NCBI GenBank assembly: GCA_027491915.1
Contig: JAOZGC010000002.1
Location: 64,001-128,000 of the forward strand
Reading direction: 5' to 3'
DNA: 64,000 nt
Source: Thermoproteota archaeon
Lineage (GTDB): Archaea; Korarchaeota; Korarchaeia; Korarchaeales; Korarchaeaceae
Below the pieces are notes generated by a model that was not told the origin of the DNA, searched no databases, and saw only the letters and a list, made by a program, of their open reading frames with translations. The position numbers and the translations under genes were made by a program. Shown piece after piece: positions 9,090 through 17,442 of this stretch (position 1 is the stretch's first letter; the number at the start of each line of letters is the position of its first letter).

Positions 9090-10271
9090 GTGCTCGTTTA
9101 CCTGTCCTTCTCCGGCATAGGGTTGGGGCACGCCTCGAGAAGCGTGGCCCTGGCTAGGAAAATCAGGAGCATGGGCTTGGAGGTGATCCTGTCATCTTAC
9201 GGGGATGGACTGGCATACGCCAAGAGGGAGGCGCGAGACATCCCAATCCTGTACGGGGGCAGGCCGTCCGTCTGGGAGCAGGGGGCCGGGGGGAGGCCTG
9301 ATGTTAAAAAAACCGTAAAGAAAGCTCCAAAACATATAATTATTTTTTGGAATCATTTGAGAGCAGAGGTAAATAACGTGGAAATGACGTCCCCCGACTT
9401 GGTGGTCTCGGACTCCCGCGTGTCCACCCTGATAGCCGGCGCGATCTTCGGCCTCCCCCAGGTGGCCCTGGTAAATCAACCCAGGGTTCTCATATCCCCA
9501 ATGATAGAGAGGTCTGGCAGGAAGGTGCTGAAGAAGTTGGCTAGGCCCGTCCAGCTCGGCGCGGACGGCCTCCTGGGGCTGATATGGTCCACCTCTAGGG
9601 CGGTCATAGTACCGGATTTCCCACCCCCATTCACAATAGGGGGGAAACTGGTGGAAGATCTCCCGAGGAGGCTTTCGTCCAAGCTGGTGTTTGTCGGGCC
9701 CTTGATCACCCGACCGCCGGCACCTGATTCGGTGCGTGGGGAAGTCGACTCAAAACCTCGCGTTTTGGCCCTCATCTCCGGTCCGGAGAGGGAGAGAAAG
9801 GATCTTCTGAGGGTCATTGAGAGTTACCTGTTGTCCAGGAACTCGCTTCCATTTCGAATGGTGATCTCTTCGGGAGATCCTAAGGGTGAAGGAAGGGTGG
9901 TGAGCAGAGGGAGGGACTGGGTGATCTACGATTGGCTTCCAGATAAGTGGACTGAGCTGACCTCAGCCGACGTCGTCCTCTGCAGGGCTGGCCACACCAC
10001 AATAGCCGAGAGCCTCATGGCGGGTAAACCCTTGATTCTGATTCCCGTTCCCGGACACACGGAGAAGGAGGCCAACGCGGCCTCCGTCGAGTCGATGGGT
10101 CTGGGTAAGATCTTGCCCCAGGAAGAGTTCGCTTACGGGCTGGAGAGGGTTGTCGAAGAGATCGTCTCAGACGATTCGATGCGGAGTCGTCTGGATAACT
10201 TCGTCGATAGGTTCTCCCGCTGGGATCCCCTGGACAGGGCGGCCTCCATAATCGCGGCCTCCTCAGACTAG
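9090..10271 (+). CDS. GT-B glycosyltransferase (family 28/MJ1255-like)
   Basis: GIGLGHASR, DLVVSD, CRAGHTTIAE, IPVPGHTEKEANA. Confidence 0.85.
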   Translation: MLVYLSFSGIGLGHASRSVALARKIRSMGLEVILSSYGDGLAYAKREARDIPILYGGRPSVWEQGAGGRPDVKKTVKKAPKHIIIFWNHLRAEVNNVEMTSPDLVVSDSRVSTLIAGAIFGLPQVALVNQPRVLISPMIERSGRKVLKKLARPVQLGADGLLGLIWSTSRAVIVPDFPPPFTIGGKLVEDLPRRLSSKLVFVGPLITRPPAPDSVRGEVDSKPRVLALISGPERERKDLLRVIESYLLSRNSLPFRMVISSGDPKGEGRVVSRGRDWVIYDWLPDKWTELTSADVVLCRAGHTTIAESLMAGKPLILIPVPGHTEKEANAASVESMGLGKILPQEEFAYGLERVVEEIVSDDSMRSRLDNFVDRFSRWDPLDRAASIIAASSD

Positions 10272-10765
10272 GTGGTTCTCTCCCCGCTAACCCTCCTGAT
10301 CGCCCAGATCAGCTTTCCAGAGAGGTCCCTAATGATCTCATCCGACGGGCTCGTTATGCGCAGGTGGACCAACCTGCCCGCATCATCAGTCCCCACCTCA
10401 TAATCCAACTTGCCCTCCGATCGGAGCGGGTCGAGGACCTTCTTAACATACCATCCCTCCAACAGGGATCCCCGGAAAGGTATCTCCGCGTCGTCCCTGG
10501 CGTTGAAGGAGAGACCGCCCCCGCCGAAGGACAGGGTCCCAATCTCCTCTCCCGCAACCATTATCCTGCGGACTTCTCCCCCTGACTCGGAAGCTGGGGG
10601 AGGCCCCCCCACCTGGGTTCCGGGGGCTATCGACACCCTTATCAGCACCTCGTCTATGGTCTCCAACATCCGCCTCAGGCGGTTCAATCTTCTCTCGGTC
10701 TTCTCTATCTGCCTCTTGAGGGAATCTCTGAGCCACAAGAGATCCCTTATCCTCTCCTCTTCCAT
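10268..10765 (-). CDS. Hypothetical protein with N-terminal coiled coil
   Basis: Start at MEEERIRDLL, coupled to the lysS stop; the upstream part of the track ORF is an alternative frame of lysS. Confidence 0.6.
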   Translation of the reverse strand: MEEERIRDLLWLRDSLKRQIEKTERRLNRLRRMLETIDEVLIRVSIAPGTQVGGPPPASESGGEVRRIMVAGEEIGTLSFGGGGLSFNARDDAEIPFRGSLLEGWYVKKVLDPLRSEGKLDYEVGTDDAGRLVHLRITSPSDEIIRDLSGKLIWAIRRVSGERTT

Positions 10766-12378
10766 CAAGGGGATCCACCCACCTCCCTGGAGAGGGAAGC
10801 TCTTATCCATTCCTTTGTCCTGCCTATCCCCAACCTGACCACTAGGGGACCAAGCCTCGGTCCCCTGGGGGCGCCTACCAGAAGCTGGTACACCGCAGAG
10901 AAGAATCTCTTGTCGCCCACGGTGGCCGAGGCCACCTCGTGTGCAAGGTTTTGAACCTCTTCCTCGCTCATCCCATCTCTCAGCCTGGCCGCGAACTCCC
11001 GCACCGCCTCTAGGGTCTCCCCGTCGAGGCGACTCTCCTCGGGTTGAACCCAACCCACCTCTCCCACGAAGTTGGCCGCGTGGTCGAACCACCTAACGAA
11101 GGTGGGGTCGTTCAGCAGATCCTCCCTGCTAACCCCGTAGTATCCGGCCAGCATCTCGGCCGCGATGAACCTCAACTCTCTCCTGTCCAGCGTTCTGTGG
11201 GGGAGTATGCTGATCACGTTTAGGAGGGAGGAGAAGCTGAAGGGAGGGGGCCGCGGGACCTTCCCCAGCATGAACGAGTACTCGACCAACCTCCTCACGG
11301 TCAGCCTGTCCCTCTCGGACATACCTTTGGGGTTCCAATAGGCTCTGAGGTTCCTCTCAAAGTCAGCCACGTACGTCGGGATCTTCTCCACGGCTAGTTT
11401 CCTGGCCCCCCTGTACCTCTTGAACATGAGCATCCTCAGGCTCTCCTTCGGGGCGTACCTCAGCCAACGCTGGGGGGTGAGGACGTTCCCCCTGGACTTG
11501 GATATCTTGGTTCCGCTCGCGTCCAGGAACATCTCATACCTTATGGTGTGAGGGGGTTCGAATCCGAGCACTTCCCTGGATATCCGCGAGTTCACCCTGA
11601 AGCTGTCCGTTATGTCCTTGCCGTGCGGCTCGAAGGAGATCTTCAGGGCATCCCACCTGGCGGCGAATTCTCCCCACATCCACGGGAGCTTTCCATCCCC
11701 CCTCGAGTAAGACGCCTCTCCGACGTGACCGCAGCCTTTGATCCCCTTAAACTCCTGATCGCATACGTAGATTACCTTTCTCTCTTCCGGGATTACTCGG
11801 ATGACCCTCGTTGTATACATGCGCCCGCAATTCTCGCACACGGGCCAGTAGGGTATCCATCCCCTGGGCTTGCTGGACCCGACCTCCTCCCTGACTATAG
11901 CCTCCACCTTCTCCCTGCGGGTGAGTATCCTGTGGATCTGATCGTCGAGGACTCCTGATTTGTAGACCTCCCTCGCGGTCATCAGCTTAAAGTCGAGATC
12001 TAGTTTCTCCAACGCGTCTACCAGCAGACCGCTCATGTGCTCCCCATAGCTCCCGTGACACCCCCACGGGTCGGGGATGTCAGTGACGGGCATTCCCAGA
12101 TACTTCCTATACTCCTCCGGCACCCCGATTGGAACCTTTCTCAGGCCGTCCCTGTCGTCGGAGAAAGCTATCATCTCGCTGGGATGACCCAGAGATTCTA
12201 TCCCCAGCTTAACGCCGTAGGCCCTGAGAGAATCGCCGACGGAGCCTATGTGAGGGAAGCCGCTCGCCCCTATCCCAGATTCCACCCTTATCGGCCTCAG
12301 ATTCCTCCCAAGTCTATTCTCTCTCTCGACGACCTCCTCTGCCAGCTTGTCCAGCCAGAACGCCGCGGGCAAACCCAC
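10765..12378 (-). CDS. lysS: Class I lysyl-tRNA synthetase
   Basis: SGFPHIGS (HIGH), DGLRKVP, Zn motifs, KISKSRGN (KMSKS), C-terminal GPRLG. Confidence 0.96.
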   Translation of the reverse strand: MGLPAAFWLDKLAEEVVERENRLGRNLRPIRVESGIGASGFPHIGSVGDSLRAYGVKLGIESLGHPSEMIAFSDDRDGLRKVPIGVPEEYRKYLGMPVTDIPDPWGCHGSYGEHMSGLLVDALEKLDLDFKLMTAREVYKSGVLDDQIHRILTRREKVEAIVREEVGSSKPRGWIPYWPVCENCGRMYTTRVIRVIPEERKVIYVCDQEFKGIKGCGHVGEASYSRGDGKLPWMWGEFAARWDALKISFEPHGKDITDSFRVNSRISREVLGFEPPHTIRYEMFLDASGTKISKSRGNVLTPQRWLRYAPKESLRMLMFKRYRGARKLAVEKIPTYVADFERNLRAYWNPKGMSERDRLTVRRLVEYSFMLGKVPRPPPFSFSSLLNVISILPHRTLDRRELRFIAAEMLAGYYGVSREDLLNDPTFVRWFDHAANFVGEVGWVQPEESRLDGETLEAVREFAARLRDGMSEEEVQNLAHEVASATVGDKRFFSAVYQLLVGAPRGPRLGPLVVRLGIGRTKEWIRASLSREVGGSP

Positions 12379-12494
12379 CCCGGCAGCCTCCCGCCGGGGC
12401 TAAAAAAGGTTGGAAGCGGAAGAAAGAGTTGCGGGAGAGAGGATCGAGAGCCCCCTCCCCCACCTCCCTCCGCTCATTCCGCCTACTTTCGCGT

Positions 12495-12782
12495 TCAGAC
12501 CTGGGTGAGCTCTATCTCTATGACGCTTATGTCCCTCCTGTTGCCGTACTCGTCTATTATCTCCTCTGTTCCGGTTCTTATGTCGGATATCTTGATCTTG
12601 TCCGGGAAGTACTTGAGCCTCGTGATCTCGGCGACGTCAACGGCCCTGGAAATCGACCTGCCCCTGGCCTTGAGTATGATCTTCTTGACGCCCCTGTTTA
12701 TCTGGAGGGTGGTCGCCATCACGTAGTTGATGGCAGGCTTCTTCCCGACATAGACAATTCCCTCCTCCCCTTCTCCTGGCAT
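12495..12782 (-). CDS. albA: DNA/RNA-binding protein Alba
   Basis: VYVGKKPAINYV, KARGRSISRAVDVAE, ISVIEIEL. Confidence 0.97.
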   Translation of the reverse strand: MPGEGEEGIVYVGKKPAINYVMATTLQINRGVKKIILKARGRSISRAVDVAEITRLKYFPDKIKISDIRTGTEEIIDEYGNRRDISVIEIELTQV

Positions 12783-12881
12783 ACGTCTCCACCTCTCTGA
12801 AACGCTGGCTCGCCGGGAAATGTGGTGTCCCTCGAACCTCCAGCGAGGCCGCGTCCTAGAGGATGGTCGATTAATAAATTT

Positions 12882-13133
12882 TCAGGCGAGGAGCTCGTCT
12901 AAGGAGTACTCCCTGGATCTCCCCACGGCCTCCCTCCTTATCCTCACCGGGATCCTGCCGAGACTCAGTTCCATCTCGGCCAGTTTTATTGGATCAGCCT
13001 CTCCCTCTGGTATCTCATCATCCCTCAAAAATAGAGGAGAGCCGGCGGCTATCTGCTGGGCCCTGAAGGCGATTATCCTCGCCCTCTCAAATTTGGTCAG
13101 CCTTCTCGGGCCCAGCTCGCCGCCTTCACCCAA
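12882..13133 (-). CDS. rpoK: RNA polymerase subunit K (Rpo6)
   Basis: LTKFERARIIAFRAQQIAAG...LAEMEL..GRIPVRIRR. Confidence 0.95.
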   Translation of the reverse strand: MGEGGELGPRRLTKFERARIIAFRAQQIAAGSPLFLRDDEIPEGEADPIKLAEMELSLGRIPVRIRREAVGRSREYSLDELLA

Positions 13134-13136
13134 TCC

Positions 13137-14762
13137 TCACTCCTCCTCCTTGGATTCCTCCTCGAACTTCTTTCCGGCAGCCGCTATTATGTCGTCTATC
13201 TTCAGTATCGTCTCTGCGAACTCGGCGGCGGATTCGATGGCGTTCTTCACAACCCTGGCTGGCTCTATGACCTTTTTGGCCCTCATGTCAACTATGTCGC
13301 CCGTGAAGACGTCGAAGCCGTGAGTGGTCTTTCCGTCCGCGTGGGCCGCCACCAGCTCGGCCATCTTGATCACAGGATCGTGTCCGGCGTTCTCCACGAG
13401 GGCCCTGGGTATCACCTCTATGGCCTCGGCGAACTTCTGAACAACAGTCTGCTCCTTTCCGCTCAGGTCCTTGGCGTACTCCCTCAATCCAAGGGCAACA
13501 TCCATCTCTATGGCCCCTCCGCCCACCACGATCTCCCCATCCTCTATCACATCCCTGACGACGCTTATCGCGTCGTGTACCGTCCTCTCGGTCTCATCTA
13601 TAACCTGCTTCGATCCGCCCCTTATCAGTATGGAGACGGCCTTGGGATCCTTGCACCCCTCGACGAAGACCATCTTGTCCTCTCCGACCCTCCTCTCCTC
13701 AACCAGGCTTGCCTCTCCGAGGTCGGCCGGGGAGATGTCCTTCACGTTGACCACTATCTTGGCGCCCGTGGCCTTGGCGAGCTTCTCTATGTCGGACTTC
13801 CTCACCCTCCTGACGGCCAGTATGCCCCTCTTGGCCAGGAAGTGCTGGGCAACGTCGTCTATCCCCTTCTGGCAGAAGACGACGTTCGCGCCGGTGGAGG
13901 CTATCTTGTCCACCAGGTCGGCGAGTATCTTCTTCTCCTGAGAGAGGAACTCCTTTATCTGGTCAGGGGACACCACCCTTATCTTGGAAGAGATCTCCGG
14001 CTTCTTCACCTCGAGCGCGCTCTCTATCAGGGCTATCTTGGCGTTCTCCACCCTCCTTGGCATTCCCGGGTGGACCACCTCCTTGTCTATCACTATGCCC
14101 CTGATCAGCGCGGTGTCGGTGAGGGCCCCTCCCTCCTTCTTCTCCCGCTTTATGTTGTCGAGGTCGACGACCCTCTTCCCGTCTCTCTCCTCCACTACCG
14201 TCAGGGCCGCCTCGACCGCTATGTTGGCTATGTGATCCCTGGCGCTTGCCACCGCCTTGGAAGCCATGGCGAGCTTGGCTATCTCCTTCAGCACCTCTTT
14301 ATCGTTCCACCTGACCTTCTCTGCATGCTTGCTGACGAGCTCTATCGCCTTGGCGGCCGCCTTGCGGTACCCCTCTATTATCACGGTAGGATGAATTCCT
14401 ACGTCCATCAGCTCCTCGGCCTTGGACAGGAGCTCTCCAGCCAGCACCACGACGGTGGTGGTCCCGTCTCCCGCCTCCTGCTCCTGGCTCTTCGCCAGGT
14501 CCACCATCATCTTGGCGGTGGGATGCTCAACCTCTATTTCCTTCATCACGGTGGCCCCGTCGCTCGTTATTATGACGTCGCCGAACGGGTCGACGAGCAT
14601 CTTCTGCATGCCCTTGGGTCCCAAGGTGGTCTTCACGGTCTCCGCTATGGCCTTGGCCACCATTATGTTGAGTCTTACGGCCTCTCTTCCCCTCGTCCGG
14701 GAGGTTCCCTCCTTCAACACGAGCACCGGGATGGTTCCTCCTCCACCTGCCGCAGCAGACAT
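13137..14762 (-). CDS. ths: Thermosome (group II chaperonin) subunit
   Basis: TLGPKGM, GDGTTT, VHPGMP, FCQKGIDD, ILKIDD. Confidence 0.98.
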   Translation of the reverse strand: MSAAAGGGGTIPVLVLKEGTSRTRGREAVRLNIMVAKAIAETVKTTLGPKGMQKMLVDPFGDVIITSDGATVMKEIEVEHPTAKMMVDLAKSQEQEAGDGTTTVVVLAGELLSKAEELMDVGIHPTVIIEGYRKAAAKAIELVSKHAEKVRWNDKEVLKEIAKLAMASKAVASARDHIANIAVEAALTVVEERDGKRVVDLDNIKREKKEGGALTDTALIRGIVIDKEVVHPGMPRRVENAKIALIESALEVKKPEISSKIRVVSPDQIKEFLSQEKKILADLVDKIASTGANVVFCQKGIDDVAQHFLAKRGILAVRRVRKSDIEKLAKATGAKIVVNVKDISPADLGEASLVEERRVGEDKMVFVEGCKDPKAVSILIRGGSKQVIDETERTVHDAISVVRDVIEDGEIVVGGGAIEMDVALGLREYAKDLSGKEQTVVQKFAEAIEVIPRALVENAGHDPVIKMAELVAAHADGKTTHGFDVFTGDIVDMRAKKVIEPARVVKNAIESAAEFAETILKIDDIIAAAGKKFEEESKEEE

Positions 14763-14853
14763 CCTTTCTCACCCCCTCGCGCCAAGCAGTGCGATGGGTC
14801 CCAACTCAGGGGGTCAGTCATCCGATTTAAAATGCTTTCCGCGCCGACCCACC

Positions 14854-15489
14854 TCACCCCCGGGCGGCCCGGACCACCCGGAGCGCGGCCGAATACGGAT
14901 CTCCCGCCCTGGTGATCGCCCTTCCAACCATCACGAAGTCGGCCACCCCCCTCAGAGCTCTGATGGCCTCCGAATCTATCCCACCGGCAGCCCCCACCAG
15001 GAGGCCCTCCCTCCTGAGCCTGGGCAGCGTCTCCCACCCGGAGAAGGTGCCCTGATCTATGCCAGCATGGAGGCACACCATCTCCACCCCTAGGTTGGCC
15101 GCCTCCTCAACCCTGCCCTCGAGGTCCCTCCCCTCCAACCCGATGGTGTCCACCAGGACCGCCTTCCCCCGGGACTCCGCCTCCTCAACTGCCGACGATA
15201 TTGTCTCCCTGGGGGCGGTCGCCAGGACGCTCACCACGTCGGCCCCGGAGCCGAAGGCCAGGGAAGCCTCCAGGCTCCCCGTGTCGACCGTTTTGGTGTC
15301 GGCGAATATCTTGGCGTCCGGGAAGGCCGCCCTGACGGCTCGGACCGCGAGCATCCCGTGACTCTTTATCAGCGGAGTCCCAACCTCTATAGATCTGATC
15401 CCAGCCCTATATGCCTCGAACGCCGTTCTCAGGGCGCGGCCCAGGTCAGTAAAATCCAGGGAGAGGAAAATCTCAAGCTCCCTCGACAA
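14854..15489 (-). CDS. hxlA: 3-hexulose-6-phosphate synthase (OMPDC/HPS family)
   Basis: IEVGTPLIK, ADTKTVDTG, HAGIDQ, AAGGI, VGRAIT. Confidence 0.82.
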   Translation of the reverse strand: MSRELEIFLSLDFTDLGRALRTAFEAYRAGIRSIEVGTPLIKSHGMLAVRAVRAAFPDAKIFADTKTVDTGSLEASLAFGSGADVVSVLATAPRETISSAVEEAESRGKAVLVDTIGLEGRDLEGRVEEAANLGVEMVCLHAGIDQGTFSGWETLPRLRREGLLVGAAGGIDSEAIRALRGVADFVMVGRAITRAGDPYSAALRVVRAARG

Positions 15490-15760
15490 TGGACTCCACC
15501 CTCCTCAAGACCCACCAGGTCATTCCGAGCATGAAAAGGGAGGCCGCTACCATGGCCACCACAATCTCCGGTCCGGCGCTCCGCCCGTACGCAAAGAAGA
15601 AAGGACCTATTATCACAAACCCCTCCTCAGGAGCCCCTCCCATCGATCCGACGGAGAGCAGCATTATCCCTACGAATACCAGCCCGAAGCCGAGCGTCAG
15701 CAGCATCAGTCTCAACACACCCCTCTCCACCGATTCCGGCTCGACGGCCAATCGACTCAC
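15473..15760 (-). CDS. DUF131-like small membrane protein
   Basis: TM helix, GFVIIGPFFFAYG, second TM helix; paralog of its neighbour. Confidence 0.6.
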   Translation of the reverse strand: MSRLAVEPESVERGVLRLMLLTLGFGLVFVGIMLLSVGSMGGAPEEGFVIIGPFFFAYGRSAGPEIVVAMVAASLFMLGMTWWVLRRVESIVEGA

Positions 15761-16008
15761 CCCGCCAAGGAGAGGTACATCATGATCACCGCCACGGCCG
15801 CCAGGATCGACACGGCCGCCAGGGTGAGAAGCATCCCCCGGGTCACGTTCCTGCCGAACACTATCGGAATCGGGCCTACCAACACTATACCGGCTATGGT
15901 GGTCTCCGATCCACCTCGACCGGCGATCCTGTCGATCAAGAGGGCCAAGAGCATCATCGCGGCCCCTATAACCGCGAGGATCACCCCAATCGCCTGAACG
16001 AAGTTCAC
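15757..16008 (-). CDS. DUF131 (TIGR00304) membrane protein
   Basis: AGIVLVGPIPIVFG signature. Confidence 0.8.
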   Translation of the reverse strand: MNFVQAIGVILAVIGAAMMLLALLIDRIAGRGGSETTIAGIVLVGPIPIVFGRNVTRGMLLTLAAVSILAAVAVIMMYLSLAG

Positions 16009-16011
16009 GGA

Positions 16012-17376
16012 TTACCTCACCCCCGAGGCCCTCCTGAGGCTCTCGATCCTGCTCGGCTCCCCGAGAACCCTGATGAGCGTCCCCCGGCGGAGACTCTCTC
16101 CTTCCTCCGGGATCTTAGATCTCGCCCCCTCCTGGATCGATATAACCCTCAGGCCCCACCTCTCCTCGACCTCTCTCACCGTCAATCCCGAGACCCTCCC
16201 GCCGACGGGGACTATGGAGTAGGCCGGGGCGCCTTCCTCAAACCTCGGCGAGGTGGGCGCCAGGGACTTAAGATCGACGTTCGCCAAGAAATCGGCTATC
16301 CTCTCCCCCGCCCTGCCGTCTCCAAACGGGTTTTTATCAACCCTCAACCTCCCGCGCGTCCTGCCGTATAGAACCCTCCTCACCGCCCCCACTATCCTAT
16401 CCCGCGCCGCGCCGGTCAGGGTTCCCGCGCCGATTTCGAGCATCTCTGGCCTCTCCGTATTGTCCCTCAATATCACGCAGGGGATCCCTAAGGTGGCCGC
16501 CTCCTCCTGTATTCCGCCTGAGTCTGTGGCCACCACCTTTACGCCCAGTAAAAGCGCTAAGAAGTCCAGATAACCCAGCGGCTTGATTATCCTCAAGTGA
16601 TCATACTCCCTCAGCGGCCGCAGAAGGCCCATGGTCTCCAGCCTCCTCTTGGTGTGGGGGTGCATGGGCCACACTATCTTGACCTCGCTCAGGGACCTCA
16701 CGGCCAGGACTATCTCCCTCATCCTCTCGGCCGATCCGAGGTTCTCTCTCCTGTGGACCGTGAGCACCATTGAGATCTCCCTCTTCCCTATCCCCACCTT
16801 ACTCAAGATCCTGTCCGTCCTCTCCCTTGCCCTTGGAAGCATCGCCCTTATCGCGTCGACCACGGTGTTCCCCGTCAGGAGGATCCTCCTCGGAGATATC
16901 CCCTCATCGAGCAAGTTCGCCGCCGCCCTCTCGGTGGGCGCGAAGTCGACCGCCGACACGTGGTCCACCAGCCTCCTGTTTATCTCCTCCGGCATCGTGA
17001 AGTCAAAACTCCTCAGTCCCGCCTCGACGTGAGCAAACGGAATTCCCATCTTGACCGCGGCCAGGGCCGACCCGAGGACGGAATTCGTGTCACCCACCCC
17101 GAGGGCTATGTCTGGGAGCATCTCTCCGAGGATCTCCTCCGCCCTAATCATGGTCTCCGCCGTCTGATAGGATTGAGATCCCGATCCAACCCCCAGATCA
17201 GCCACCGGCCTCGGAAGATCAAACTCCTCGAAGAACACGGCGTTTAACTCCAAGTCGTAATGCTGACCCACGTTCACTATCTCCACATCTTCACCTCTCT
17301 TCTCGAGCTCTTTTATCACGGGAGCCGCCTTGATGATCTCCGGCCTCGTGCCCAGGAAGAACAGGTGCGCGCCCAT
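16012..17376 (-). CDS. wecB: UDP-N-acetylglucosamine 2-epimerase with C-terminal TrkA-C-like domain
   Basis: GTRPEIIK, GQHYD, GDTNS, HVEAGLRS, PEEINR, HRREN, TDSGGIQEEA, NPFGDG; extra ~80 aa tail; start trimmed to MGAHLFF. Confidence 0.9.
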   Translation of the reverse strand: MGAHLFFLGTRPEIIKAAPVIKELEKRGEDVEIVNVGQHYDLELNAVFFEEFDLPRPVADLGVGSGSQSYQTAETMIRAEEILGEMLPDIALGVGDTNSVLGSALAAVKMGIPFAHVEAGLRSFDFTMPEEINRRLVDHVSAVDFAPTERAAANLLDEGISPRRILLTGNTVVDAIRAMLPRARERTDRILSKVGIGKREISMVLTVHRRENLGSAERMREIVLAVRSLSEVKIVWPMHPHTKRRLETMGLLRPLREYDHLRIIKPLGYLDFLALLLGVKVVATDSGGIQEEAATLGIPCVILRDNTERPEMLEIGAGTLTGAARDRIVGAVRRVLYGRTRGRLRVDKNPFGDGRAGERIADFLANVDLKSLAPTSPRFEEGAPAYSIVPVGGRVSGLTVREVEERWGLRVISIQEGARSKIPEEGESLRRGTLIRVLGEPSRIESLRRASGVR

Positions 17377-17442
17377 CGGACGTCGCCCCTGCCTGTCACT
17401 TTTTTTAAAGTCCCCGGAGACCGCCCCGAGAGGTGGGGGCCG

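Noticed and set aside
14790-14830. GATGA...CTGA on the minus strand upstream of the thermosome gene as a C/D box sRNA or K-loop
   Set aside because: Spacing is too short and it lies immediately after the TATA-like element, probably upstream of the TSS
13320-14915. Long 531-aa plus-strand ORF, and similar ones at 5392-6384, 24725-25858, 31343-32299, 31552-32421 and 447-1160
   Set aside because: Antisense or alternate-frame shadows of well-identified genes in GC-rich DNA; biased L/P/G/R composition and no motifs
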